A stretch of 61,595 nt of DNA, filler included, from Candidatus Omnitrophota bacterium (GCA_043812495.1; 5 parts of 5 records of this genome joined end to end with filler, not necessarily neighbours in it); one strand, 5' to 3'. Positions 17,921 through 27,251 are shown, numbered from the whole stretch's first letter. Translations and numbers: made by a program. Notes: generated by a model from the sequence alone, not told the origin.

Positions 17921-19081
17921 ATGAATAAAAATAAATTAAACACATCTTCCATAATCCCGCATTTAGGAAATATGTCCCTCAAAGACAGACTTAATTCGTG
18001 CAATGATATTTTTAATAAGATTGGCGATGAAATCATTCTGATCAATCATCAAGGAAGGATTATCTATGCCAATGAATCCGCGGTTCAGGGTTTGGGTTAT
18101 CCGCGAAAGACTCTTCTGAGCAAGCGCATCATGGATTTTTATAAGCAAAAGTTAAGTCTCAAAATATGGAAAACAAAATACTTTCAGGAGCTTAAAAGAA
18201 GCGGGAGGCCTATTTCTTACCAGATTGAGCGTGTTGTCCGAAATGGAAAAACGCGCACTCTGGAAGCGACCGCTGTTTACGTGTGCTACGGGACGCAAGA
18301 ATTTATCTTATCCATCGGTCGGGATGTCACAGAGAAATTAGAATTTACGAGGAATCGTCAGGATTACGAAAAGATGATTGCGCTTAGCCTGTTTGTGTCG
18401 GGAACGGCTCAAGAAATCAAATATCCTCTCGAAGCCATCCTTTCACATATCCAAACAATGCTCAAAAAATACGGGCAGTGCGATTTTGAATATATCGGAT
18501 ACAAGGAATTCAAGAATATCATCAAAACCATGACGGATATCAGTAATCAAATTCGCCACTGTTGTGACATCACCGGCAAACTTTTGACCTTAAATAGGAA
18601 AAGAGCAGGTACCAAGGAAGGAAGCTGCAATGCCAATGATTGCATCCAGGAAAACTTGCGGATATTATCGCAGCAATTAAATTATACGTCCGTTAAGGTA
18701 CAGCTTAAATGCTCGAGAAATTTACCACCTGTGGCCATAAGCGAAAGCGACCTGAATCAAGTGATCCGCCATCTTGTTTCTAATGCGATTTATGCCATGC
18801 CCAGCGGCGGCCGTTTGACCATAAAATCGTTTTTAAGAAGGAAAGAAGGGAAAGCGCAGCTGGAATTTAAAGACGAGGGGATCGGTATTCCCAAAGAAAA
18901 TCTACCCCATGTCTTCGAAGCCTTTTTCACGACACGTCAACGCGGCATCGGTCAAAGCGCCGGACTCGGGCTTTCCGTGGTTCATTCCATTATCAAAGCA
19001 GCCAAGGGCGATGTGTCCATCCAGAGCAATTTAAGGCAAGGAACGCTCATTAAGGTTATCCTCCCCGTTAAAAGTAAATAG
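17921..19081 (+). CDS. PAS-domain histidine-kinase-like protein lacking the phosphoacceptor His
   Basis: PAS domain, H-box GTAQEIKYPL, HATPase N/G1/F/G2 boxes present. Confidence 0.85.
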   Translation: MNKNKLNTSSIIPHLGNMSLKDRLNSCNDIFNKIGDEIILINHQGRIIYANESAVQGLGYPRKTLLSKRIMDFYKQKLSLKIWKTKYFQELKRSGRPISYQIERVVRNGKTRTLEATAVYVCYGTQEFILSIGRDVTEKLEFTRNRQDYEKMIALSLFVSGTAQEIKYPLEAILSHIQTMLKKYGQCDFEYIGYKEFKNIIKTMTDISNQIRHCCDITGKLLTLNRKRAGTKEGSCNANDCIQENLRILSQQLNYTSVKVQLKCSRNLPPVAISESDLNQVIRHLVSNAIYAMPSGGRLTIKSFLRRKEGKAQLEFKDEGIGIPKENLPHVFEAFFTTRQRGIGQSAGLGLSVVHSIIKAAKGDVSIQSNLRQGTLIKVILPVKSK

Positions 19082-19088
19082 AGATCTT

Positions 19089-19568
19089 TTGATGCAAAAA
19101 GAAGCCAACCACTTTATGAATGAAGCGCTCAAATTGGCACAAATCGCCTTTGAAAAGGATGAAGTGCCGGTCGGTGCCGTTATCACCCATAAAGGGAAGA
19201 TTATAGCAAAAGCCCACAACCAGGTTGAAACGCTTAAGGATCCGACCGCGCATGCCGAAATGCTGGCGATTACGCAGGCGACCAGTACATTGTCGTCCAA
19301 GTGGTTGCAGGAATGCACCCTGTATGTTACAATCGAACCCTGCGCGATGTGCGCGGGCGCTTTAGTCTTGGCGCGGATCAAGAAACTGGTATTTGGAGCC
19401 AAAGACCTTAAAGCCGGCGCGTGCGGGTCTGTGATGAACATCGCGTATCACAGAGACCTCAATCATCGCGTGGACATCCAGCAAGGCCTGATGGCGCAGG
19501 AATGCGCAGAGCTTGTAAGCGAATTCTTTAAAAAGAAAAGACGAAGCTATCTGGCGATGACGAATTGA
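19089..19568 (+). CDS. tadA: tRNA adenosine(34) deaminase
   Basis: EVPVGAV, DPTAHAE, TIEPCAMCAGA. Confidence 0.95.
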   Translation: MMQKEANHFMNEALKLAQIAFEKDEVPVGAVITHKGKIIAKAHNQVETLKDPTAHAEMLAITQATSTLSSKWLQECTLYVTIEPCAMCAGALVLARIKKLVFGAKDLKAGACGSVMNIAYHRDLNHRVDIQQGLMAQECAELVSEFFKKKRRSYLAMTN

Positions 19569-19677
19569 AGAAGGAAGCGAGATCCCTCGCCCGCCATTGA
19601 TTTATTGGCGGGCTCGGGATCCAAATTTTTGCTTAATGAATCGTTCGCCATTTAAGAAAGACAAATGGCCGAAAAAG

Positions 19678-20085
19678 ATGTTTTATACGTATATTTTGAT
19701 TAGCAAGTGCGGGAGAAGGACGTATACAGGGAGTACGTCTGATTTAAAGAGACGAATAAAAGAACATAATTTAGGCGAAGTCAAGTCTTCAAGGGCATTT
19801 AGACCGTTTGAGTTAATGCATTTTGAAGAATTTTCTGATAAGAAGGAAGCAAAGATCAAAGAAGTATTCTATAAATCTAGAACAGGAAGACGCCAATTAA
19901 AGAGAATCATGGAAAATTGGAAACAAAATCAAAGTGCTACAAAGACAACATTTCGAAATTTTTATAATATAATGGAAAGTCCGAGACTCGGTGCCCTGCC
20001 CAAAGGCAGGGCGCCGGTCTCGGCAATTTTTCAGCAAACGAATAGAATAAGATGGAAAATTTTTTGGCCGGCATCCCATTTTTAA
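19678..20085 (+). CDS. Small GIY-YIG nuclease
   Basis: MFYTYILIS...TYTGSTSDLKRRIKEHN...RPF...E...KSRTGR; the C-terminal tail runs through palindromes. Confidence 0.85.
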   Translation: MFYTYILISKCGRRTYTGSTSDLKRRIKEHNLGEVKSSRAFRPFELMHFEEFSDKKEAKIKEVFYKSRTGRRQLKRIMENWKQNQSATKTTFRNFYNIMESPRLGALPKGRAPVSAIFQQTNRIRWKIFWPASHF

Positions 20086-20141
20086 TGGGATGCCGAGCCT
20101 CGGCAAATTTTCTCTCACTTAAGTAATTGGAAAATTTGACG

Positions 20142-20229
20142 GGAGAGGTGCCGGAGTGGCTGAACGGAGCTGCCTGCTAAGCAGTTGGCCCTGTCATGGG
20201 GCCCTCGGGTTCGAATCCCGACCTCTCCG
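20142..20229 (+). tRNA. tRNA-Ser(GCT)
   Basis: GGAGAGG...GCTGC-CTGCTAA-GCAGT, long variable arm, ...CCTCTCCG. Confidence 0.95.
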
Positions 20230-20362
20230 TTCTGCTTCGCCCCCGCATTTTCATGCGGGGGCTTCGAAGCAACAAGTTCTTGCGAAGCGCGTACCATCAT
20301 TCAAGCATTAAAGCGCGAAGCAGAACGAACTGCAAGATTCTAAAGAAAATCAGTATCCCCCA

Positions 20363-20391
20363 TTGACAACTCATGACCCGTCATGTAACAT
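20363..20391 (+). promoter_or_regulatory. Sigma70 promoter with an operator-like palindrome in the spacer
   Basis: TTGACA-17-TAACAT; CATGAC-CC-GTCATG at 20372-20385. Confidence 0.55.
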
Positions 20392-20444
20392 AAATATCGA
20401 CGAGAAGAAATGAAGAAAATTTATATTTTAAGCGAGAGAAAACG

Positions 20445-21473
20445 ATGAAAAGCCTAAAATTCAGATATCTGCTTGTTTCGATGGTTACACTTGCGTTAGC
20501 GTTGTCGATGCGTTCTTCTTTAGTCCTTGCTCAGGCCCTTAGCCCAAAAGTCCAGAAAGTTGAGCTCCAGAAATCTTTGGGGCCAACACCCGCCCAGGAC
20601 CGATCCAGCATAAGCAACGATGATCAGGAAAAAGAAATCCTGAACAAGAAAATATTTGAAACGGCGTTGGTTGTTTTGATCGGCTATTTGCTGATTTTTA
20701 TATTTGTCGGTATTACCAATAAGAAAATTAAAGAGATAAGAACCAGGCATTTTGTAAGAAGAAATATTGTCTATTTCTTGACCTTTCTGATCCTCCTATT
20801 TGTCATCTTCATATGGATTCAGAAAATCAACTCGCTGACCATATTTTTAGGCGTTGCATCCGCCGGTTTAGCCTTGGCTCTTCAGGAAGCAATTTTATGC
20901 ATTGCCGGCTGGTTTTTGATTTTGCTCAGAAAACCCTTTGATGTGGGTGATCGTGTCGAGCTGAACGGCGTTAAAGGTGATGTCATCGACATCCGCCTTT
21001 TTCAGACATCGTTGCTCGAAATCGGCAATTGGGTCGATGCCGATCAAAGCACCGGGCGCATTGCCAATGTTCCCAATAGTGCCGTCTTTAAAAAAGAAAA
21101 CTATAACTATAATCGCGGGTTTGAATATATATGGAACGAAATACCTATTATGGTAACTTTTGAAAGCGATTGGAAACGCGCCGAACAGATTATGCTTGAA
21201 CATGGCCAGACATATGCCTTAGGCGTCGAAGACGGCGTGCAGAAGAAAATCGAATCCATGGCCAGGCACTACATGATTTATTACGGAAAATTAACGCCCA
21301 TTGTTTATGTCAACATCAAGGACAGCGGAGTTGAGCTCATCTTGCGCTACTTGACCGAAGCCAAAAAACGTCGTTCCACGCAGGACAAATTGTGCCGGGC
21401 GATTTTAGATGATTTCGCCAAAGAAGAAAAAGTCAACTTTGCTTATACGACATACCGGATTGTCAAAGACTAA
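20445..21473 (+). CDS. mscS: Small-conductance mechanosensitive channel family protein
   Basis: GLALALQE, KPFDVGDRVE..GVKGDVIDI, N-terminal TM helices. Confidence 0.88.
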   Translation: MKSLKFRYLLVSMVTLALALSMRSSLVLAQALSPKVQKVELQKSLGPTPAQDRSSISNDDQEKEILNKKIFETALVVLIGYLLIFIFVGITNKKIKEIRTRHFVRRNIVYFLTFLILLFVIFIWIQKINSLTIFLGVASAGLALALQEAILCIAGWFLILLRKPFDVGDRVELNGVKGDVIDIRLFQTSLLEIGNWVDADQSTGRIANVPNSAVFKKENYNYNRGFEYIWNEIPIMVTFESDWKRAEQIMLEHGQTYALGVEDGVQKKIESMARHYMIYYGKLTPIVYVNIKDSGVELILRYLTEAKKRRSTQDKLCRAILDDFAKEEKVNFAYTTYRIVKD

Positions 21474-21535
21474 ACGTTTCTCCCGTTAAGTATTCCTGAT
21501 CGAAGTAACCGTTTTATCTCGCGCACAATATCTTC

Positions 21536-21832
21536 ATGAAGGACGTCACCTGCCATATCGGTGTTTTGCTCATTGCGTTATTTATTCCCAGTGCCCGGTC
21601 CTTGAAGGACAAGCGGACAGTGATCAAAAGCTTGAAAGACCGCGTCCGTCAGACATTTAATGTTTCCGTCGCTGAGCTCGATAGCCAGGACAAGTGGCAG
21701 GTCGCTAACTGCGCGATCGCTATGATCAACAGCGACCGCCGCTATATCAACCAGTGTCTTGCGAATGTCCTTTCGATGATCGAGTCGCAAGGGAGTGTTG
21801 AGGTTACAGATCATCAGATGATGTTTATGTGA
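21536..21832 (+). CDS. DUF503 (YlxP-like) protein
   Basis: SLKDKR.VIKSLKDR....FNVSVAE...QDKWQ. Confidence 0.88.
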   Translation: MKDVTCHIGVLLIALFIPSARSLKDKRTVIKSLKDRVRQTFNVSVAELDSQDKWQVANCAIAMINSDRRYINQCLANVLSMIESQGSVEVTDHQMMFM

Positions 21833-21885
21833 AATGAGAGTATTCTTTTCAACAGTATGAAAAAATCATTTTTGTGATACAATTT

Positions 21886-22031
21886 AATGAGGTCTGCACT
21901 TATGGATTGAGCGCCTGCCGAAAGGCAGGAGTGAAAGACATAAGTGCAAGACCGAATTAACCCCGACCATCAATCTGATTACACAAGTTTGACGGTCGAG
22001 GAACAAAAAAATGGAATTATAATGTTTCATC
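21886..22031 (+). repeat. AATGAG/CGAATT element, copy C
   Basis: AATGAG-GTCTGCACTTATG..CATAAGTGCAAGAC-CGAATTAA-CCCCGACC..GGTCGAGG..AATTATAATGTTTCATC. Confidence 0.85.
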
Positions 22032-22047
22032 GTGCTGATATTTTTCT

Positions 22048-23706
22048 ATGAATTATATTGTTTTAGCCAGAAAGTACCGACCTCAGATTTTTGACGATGT
22101 CATTGGCCAAGGTCACATCACGGATATCCTCAAGAAAGCCGTTCAGGCCGACCGATTGGCGCATGCCTATCTTTTTTGCGGCCCGCGCGGAATCGGAAAA
22201 ACCTCTTGCGCGCGCATCTTGGCTAAATCGCTCAATTGCGCCAAGGGTGCGACCCTCAAGCCCTGCGGGGTGTGTCCGGCCTGCAAAGAGATTGCCCTAG
22301 GAAACAGTTTCGATGTGATTGAAGTTGACGGGGCCTCCAATCGCGGCATCGATGAAATCCGAACGCTTCGCGAAAATGTCAAGTTTGCTCCTAGCTACGG
22401 CCGATACAAGATCTATATTGTCGACGAAGTCCATATGCTCACCACCGAGGCCTTCAATGCGCTTCTAAAGACTCTCGAAGAACCGCCCGAATATGTGAAA
22501 TTTATCCTGGCCACAACCGTGCCGAACAAAGTTCCCTCAACTATCATTTCGCGTTGTCAGCGGTTTGATTTTCGCCGTATTTCTATGGATGGAATTACCA
22601 AATCCCTTGTGGATATCTGCAAAAGTGAGAAATTTAAAGTTGATGAGAATGCCTTGCAGGCTATCGCGAAGGCGGCCTCAGGCAGTTTACGCGATGCTTT
22701 AAGCATCCTGGACCAGTTGAGCGCGCTCAGTAGCCGCGCCATCAAGGCCGATGACGTGTTTTCGATGCTTGGGATGGTCGAGGTTGACCTGTTGTTTGCG
22801 CTTGCGGATGCTCTCGGTGATAAAGATTGCGCGAAGGCCCTGGATATTTTTGATCAGATTCTGACAAAAGGCAAGGACGTCCGGCAGCTGGCCAAAGACC
22901 TGATTGAGCATTTCCGGAATCTTATGATCGTCAAGATAGGCGGAAAAGCCTTAGGCCGTTTGATCGAATATCCCGTCGCGATTAAAGAACAACTCTTAGT
23001 CCAATGCGAAAAATTTGATTTAAAAGAAATCCTTAAGGCCATTGATACGCTCATTGAAGCGCAGGAAATGAGCCGCATCATGGATTCCCTTCAGATTCCT
23101 CTTGAAGTCGCGTTTGCCAAGCTCGCTTACCGGCCTGAGGCTTCGAACGATAAAGAACCGCAAACAATCAAGACAGAGAATCAGCAACCGGACAACGCAA
23201 ATAATTTTAAGAAAAACAAGCCGTCGGCTTCCGTTATAGAAATCCTGTCCAACCAAAAAGGTCATGTCAATTTTGGAATAGAAAAGACCGACGCTAGCGC
23301 CGAAGACAGCGAAGAGCAAGCGCAAACATTAAACGAAGAGATTGACTTTCCCGGTGAATTGAGTATAGAGGCAGTGAAAAAATCATGGGACGCCGTAACC
23401 CACGCGATCAGCCTTAAGAAAATGTCCGTGGCAACGTTTTTACAAGAAGGCGCACCCTATGCCATTTGCAAAAACACTATTACGATCAGCTTTTCCAAAG
23501 AAGCCGCGTTTCACAAAGAGACCTTGGAAGAAAGGGATAAAATATCTCTCATTGAAAAGGCATTCTCAGAAACGCTTAAAAGAAATGTCAGGGTCAAGCT
23601 CAAAATTGTGGACGACCATAAGCCTCCCGAAGACGAACCCAATATTAAGGCCGCTTTGGATACATTTAAAGGAAAAGTGGTCAATAAATGGCATCGCCAT
23701 GAATAG
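22048..23706 (+). CDS. dnaX: DNA polymerase III subunit gamma/tau
   Basis: LARKYRPQ, GPRGIGKTS, DEVHML, AFNALLKTLEEPP. Confidence 0.97.
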   Translation: MNYIVLARKYRPQIFDDVIGQGHITDILKKAVQADRLAHAYLFCGPRGIGKTSCARILAKSLNCAKGATLKPCGVCPACKEIALGNSFDVIEVDGASNRGIDEIRTLRENVKFAPSYGRYKIYIVDEVHMLTTEAFNALLKTLEEPPEYVKFILATTVPNKVPSTIISRCQRFDFRRISMDGITKSLVDICKSEKFKVDENALQAIAKAASGSLRDALSILDQLSALSSRAIKADDVFSMLGMVEVDLLFALADALGDKDCAKALDIFDQILTKGKDVRQLAKDLIEHFRNLMIVKIGGKALGRLIEYPVAIKEQLLVQCEKFDLKEILKAIDTLIEAQEMSRIMDSLQIPLEVAFAKLAYRPEASNDKEPQTIKTENQQPDNANNFKKNKPSASVIEILSNQKGHVNFGIEKTDASAEDSEEQAQTLNEEIDFPGELSIEAVKKSWDAVTHAISLKKMSVATFLQEGAPYAICKNTITISFSKEAAFHKETLEERDKISLIEKAFSETLKRNVRVKLKIVDDHKPPEDEPNIKAALDTFKGKVVNKWHRHE

Positions 23707-23718
23707 ATTTTGGAAACG

Positions 23719-24333
23719 ATGAATTATCCAAAACTTATTGAGGATCTCATCCAGAAACTCACCAGGCTTCCCGGCATTGGCCGGCGCAGTGCCGAGCGCA
23801 TCGTGTTTTACTTACTCAATAATACGAAGGAAGAGGCCGAAGGGCTATCGAAGGATATTGCGCGCGTCAAAAGCGAATTGATGTTTTGCCGCATCTGTAA
23901 CAATTTAAGTGATACAGAAATTTGTCTGATCTGCAGCGACACCGAAAGAGATGAGGGGACCATCTGTGTCGTGGAAAATCCCAAGGACGTATTGGCCATC
24001 GAAAAGACCGGCGTGTACCGCGGTCATTATCATGTTTTGTTGGGCGCGATATCGCCCTCCGACGGGCGAGGCCCGGATGATATCAAGATCGAAAAGCTCT
24101 TGGGGCGAATCAGGAATCAAAATATCCGTGAAATCGTGATTGCGACTGACCCCGATACGGAAGGTGAGACCACGGCGCTTTTTATTTCCAGGGAACTTAA
24201 GAAAACAGGCGTTAAGATCACGCGTATCGGCCTCGGGCTTCCTATGGGCGGATCTTTGGAGTATGCGGACCTTTCGACCTTGAGTATGTCCTTGAGCGCG
24301 CGCCGGGAGATCACCAAGGAAACCGGACATTAA
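23719..24333 (+). CDS. recR: Recombination mediator RecR
   Basis: LPGIGRRSAER, C4 zinc finger, TOPRIM EGETTA. Confidence 0.95.
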   Translation: MNYPKLIEDLIQKLTRLPGIGRRSAERIVFYLLNNTKEEAEGLSKDIARVKSELMFCRICNNLSDTEICLICSDTERDEGTICVVENPKDVLAIEKTGVYRGHYHVLLGAISPSDGRGPDDIKIEKLLGRIRNQNIREIVIATDPDTEGETTALFISRELKKTGVKITRIGLGLPMGGSLEYADLSTLSMSLSARREITKETGH

Positions 24334-24344
24334 GTTTGAAAAGG

Positions 24345-24372
24345 TTGACTTTTAGAAATATTTAAGTATAAT
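24345..24372 (+). promoter_or_regulatory. Sigma70 promoter for the tRNA-Asn locus
   Basis: TTGACT-16-TATAAT. Confidence 0.6.
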
Positions 24373-24490
24373 TCAATTTTTACAACGTTCTTTAATAAAC
24401 GTTTTCCCACATCGATAACCTTGGTTTTTAATTAGGGGAAATCGATGAGGGAATTTTCAGATTATAAAATAAGAGAAAATTCCCCTGTTA

Positions 24491-24628
24491 AATGAGCCCG
24501 TCGCTTATGAAATAAAATGACATAAGTGACATGGGCGAATTTACCTCGATTAATGAGGCCATGGTTTATGGAATAAGATGAACATAAACCATGAGGCTGA
24601 ATTAATCCCGAGGCCTCAGGCCGAGGGA
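24491..24628 (+). repeat. Two AATGAG/CGAATT elements, one nested in the other (D1, D2)
   Basis: AATGAG..CGAATTTACCTCG, then a second AATGAG..TGAATTAATCCCG at 24552. Confidence 0.75.
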
Positions 24629-24701
24629 CCCGTTAGGGCGAGAGGGCTCAGCCGGTATTTACTATTGGCTGAGCAACTAGAATCGTTCTTTTAGTACTTA
24701 T

Positions 24702-24727
24702 TCCCCTGTAGCTCAGTTGGTAGAGCG
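24702..24727 (+). pseudogene. Duplicated 5' end of tRNA-Asn followed by palindromes
   Basis: TCCCCTGTAGCTCAGTTGGTAGAGCG is identical to 25035-25060. Confidence 0.9.
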
Positions 24728-24784
24728 CCCGCTATAAAACGTGGCGGGTCCGCCAAGATTTTTGGCGGAGGTGGCTAATGTATA

Positions 24785-25144
24785 ATGTATAATGTATATG
24801 TTCTTCAAAGTAGTAAAAACAAGAAAAGATATGTAGGTTTTACAAGCAAAACTGTAGCTGAGCGATTAAAGGAACACAATTCTGGATCAAACAGTTTTAC
24901 GCGTCAAAATAAACCTTTTGAAGTTATTTATTCTGAGGAATACGATAATAAAAGTTTCGCCCAAAAGCGTGAGCGATTTCTAAAATCTGGTCACGGACGA
25001 AATTTTCTTAAAAGAAAACTAGCAGAACATTTATTCCCCTGTAGCTCAGTTGGTAGAGCGGGTGGCTGTGAGCAGGGTATGAAGGGAGGTGGCAACTGGC
25101 AAAGCGCGATACAAGGACTTATGAAGATCGCCGCGAATATTTAA
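24785..25144 (+). CDS. Small GIY-YIG nuclease whose frame runs through the tRNA-Asn 5' exon
   Basis: YNVYVLQS...RYVGFT...ERLKEHNSG...RERFLKSGHGR. Confidence 0.88.
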   Translation: MYNVYVLQSSKNKKRYVGFTSKTVAERLKEHNSGSNSFTRQNKPFEVIYSEEYDNKSFAQKRERFLKSGHGRNFLKRKLAEHLFPCSSVGRAGGCEQGMKGGGNWQSAIQGLMKIAANI

Positions 25145-25587
25145 TCTCTGCCGTTCGAAAGCGAAGAAAAAAAGTTCGTCAGAACGCAGTTAAATATAAA
25201 GGTGGTCGTTGCCAAATATGTGGCTATCATCGTTGTATCGACGCTCTCGAGTTTCATCATAATGACTCTTCGGGAAAAGACTTTAGCATATCAAGCAAAG
25301 GATATACTCGAAGCTGGGTTAAAGTCAAAGAAGAGTTAGAAAAATGTATTCTCGTTTGCGCCAATTGCCATCGTGAAATTCATGCTCAAAACGCAGCTTC
25401 TACGGGAAACCGTGGTTGAAAAAGCGGGAGGATTCAGGGAAGCCCAAACGTTAAGTCGAGGGTAATCCTGAGCCGAGCCCTGTAATTTAGGGAAGGTGCA
25501 GAGACTATGCACCCGCTACCTAAATCCAAGATTCATTGGATAAGGTAAAGAGATAGTCCAAGTCCGAAAGTAATTTCGGGTCACTTG
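25070..25587 (+). ncRNA. Group I self-splicing intron (IC3-like), 518 nt
   Basis: 5' exon ends in U and the intron ends in G; IGS GCAGCT (25393-25398) pairs with GGCTGT including the U-G wobble; core elements TTCAGGGAA, AATCCTGAGCC, GTGCAGAGACT, AAGAGATAGTCC; P3 AGCGGG/CCCGCT. Confidence 0.92.
25096..25419 (+). CDS. Intron-encoded HNH endonuclease (107 aa, CTG start; absent from the ORF track)
   Basis: GGAGGT SD then CTG; translation includes CQICGY..C..ALEFHH...CILVCANCHREIH. Confidence 0.82.
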   Translation: MAKRDTRTYEDRREYLISAVRKRRKKVRQNAVKYKGGRCQICGYHRCIDALEFHHNDSSGKDFSISSKGYTRSWVKVKEELEKCILVCANCHREIHAQNAASTGNRG

Positions 25588-27251
25588 TAACCACTAGGTC
25601 CGAGGTTCGAGTCCTCGCGGGGGAGCCAGTTAGACGTCTGACAGCGGATTTCTTCGCTGTCAGATTCGCATAGATCAAGTAGCCCTGTGTCGGGTTGACG
25701 CCCATACAGGGCTATTTGTATTTTGGTGGGGCTTAGGGTAGCTTTGTGCAGGACGAGCCTTACCATGTCCTTCTGCCGGTAAGGCTTTATCTTATCGAAA
25801 AGGTCGGAGAATCGGCTCAAAGCCAGCGTTACAAGCTCCCGGCTTATCGATTCCCGCTCGATCTCCTTGATCATGGCCTCAAGCGAGGCTATGCCGGTTT
25901 CTATCTCTTTCCGGCGTTGGCCAAGCTCGGCAAGTTTCTCTTTGAGGAATATACTGCTGTCATCCGTGGCCATGGCAGTCCATTTATTCATTATCCCATC
26001 GGCAAAAGCCTTTACCTCGGCCAGCTCTTTTTGAAGATGAGTTTTCCTGTGTTTAAGCTGTGGCAGTTCCTTCATTAGCTTTTCATTGGTATGCTCTATT
26101 AGCTTTTCCATTAGGCCGGAATCGGATGAGAGATATTTTATACGTTTGATTATAATACGTTCAATCTCATCAGCCGGGAGTTTGAACCGGCAATCTTTAT
26201 TTTTGCATACGTAGAAAAAGTATTTATTACCACGTCTGCCTGTCCCGCAGGTTCCTTCCATCTGCCCGCCGCATTTACCGCACCACAAAAGTCCGCCATT
26301 TAAAATATAAGTGTGTTTGATTGTTTTCGTGCCGTTGTGCTTGGTTTTGGTGTTTTGCTTGATGAGCTTCTGGACCTTGTAGAAGGTCTCCTCATCGATT
26401 AAAGGCTCCCAGACCGCCTTGACGGTCCTGTAGCGCTCTTTTTCCTGTAGCTTTGTCTGATCCTCTAATCTTTTCTTTTTGTTGATCTCTTTAAGTCCGA
26501 TATAGGCGCAATTGACGAGTAGTTGTTTTATGGATGACCGGCCGAATTTCTCGGGAGTGCGGAATTTGCCTCTTCGTGAGGTATATCCTTTGGTGCGATA
26601 GCCATTATCATTAAGGGCCCGGGCTGTTCCCATAAGCGAACCGCATTCAAGGTATTTCTTGAAGGCGAATCGCACAAGGGCCTTTTCTTTTTCGTTTACG
26701 ATTGGGTAACCTTTACGGTTAGGATCAAGGTCAAAGCCTAACAAATGCCCGCCATTCCACAGGCCTCGTTCTGCCCGGGCAAGTGTAGCTTCTTTATTGC
26801 GCTCGGAGGTCTGTGTCCGCTCGAATTCGGCCAAAGCCATCATTATAGTGATGAAAAGTTTTCCTTGAGAAGACGTGGTGTCGTAGTTTTGTTTTAAACA
26901 TACGAATTCGACATCGTATTTGGTGAGGATCTCGAAGAAGTTTAAGAAATCTCTTACCGAGCGGCTTATCCGGTCAAGTGCGGTACATATAACGGTATTT
27001 ACCTTACCTGACTTGATATCCTCGAGAAGTTGGGCAAATTCGATGCTTCGGAAGGAATCCTTGCCGGAGATACCTTTAAGAATGTATCGGCCGGTTTCGA
27101 CCCATCGTTCCCCGCAGGCAGTGGTTTTATATTCGATATGGGCCTGCAGACGCTGGAGTTGATTGGTAAGCGAGCCCTCAGGGTTTCGGGCCTGTTTGTC
27201 GGTGCTTACCCTTATCACGAATCCGCAGTTTTTGATTATCTTATCTTCCAT
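25581..27251 (-). CDS. Large serine recombinase/integrase
   Basis: RVSTDKQ catalytic Ser, LDRISRS, LAEFER, recombinase domain, CxxC zinc ribbon, coiled coil; 3' end overlaps tRNA-Asn. Confidence 0.92.
   Translation of the reverse strand: MEDKIIKNCGFVIRVSTDKQARNPEGSLTNQLQRLQAHIEYKTTACGERWVETGRYILKGISGKDSFRSIEFAQLLEDIKSGKVNTVICTALDRISRSVRDFLNFFEILTKYDVEFVCLKQNYDTTSSQGKLFITIMMALAEFERTQTSERNKEATLARAERGLWNGGHLLGFDLDPNRKGYPIVNEKEKALVRFAFKKYLECGSLMGTARALNDNGYRTKGYTSRRGKFRTPEKFGRSSIKQLLVNCAYIGLKEINKKKRLEDQTKLQEKERYRTVKAVWEPLIDEETFYKVQKLIKQNTKTKHNGTKTIKHTYILNGGLLWCGKCGGQMEGTCGTGRRGNKYFFYVCKNKDCRFKLPADEIERIIIKRIKYLSSDSGLMEKLIEHTNEKLMKELPQLKHRKTHLQKELAEVKAFADGIMNKWTAMATDDSSIFLKEKLAELGQRRKEIETGIASLEAMIKEIERESISRELVTLALSRFSDLFDKIKPYRQKDMVRLVLHKATLSPTKIQIALYGRQPDTGLLDLCESDSEEIRCQTSNWLPREDSNLGPSGYK

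Larger units (their letters stand above)
25035..25628 (+). tRNA. tRNA-Asn(GTT) interrupted by a group I intron (exons 25035-25069 and 25588-25628)
   Basis: Joined exons give a complete cloverleaf TCCCCTG...GGTGG-CTGTTAA-CCACT...CGGGGGAGCCA. Confidence 0.92.

Noticed and set aside
21832..22047. SRP RNA (ffs) expected before dnaX
   Set aside because: No SRP helix 8 motif (CAGG..GGAA..AGCAG) is visible; the region holds repeat copy C instead.
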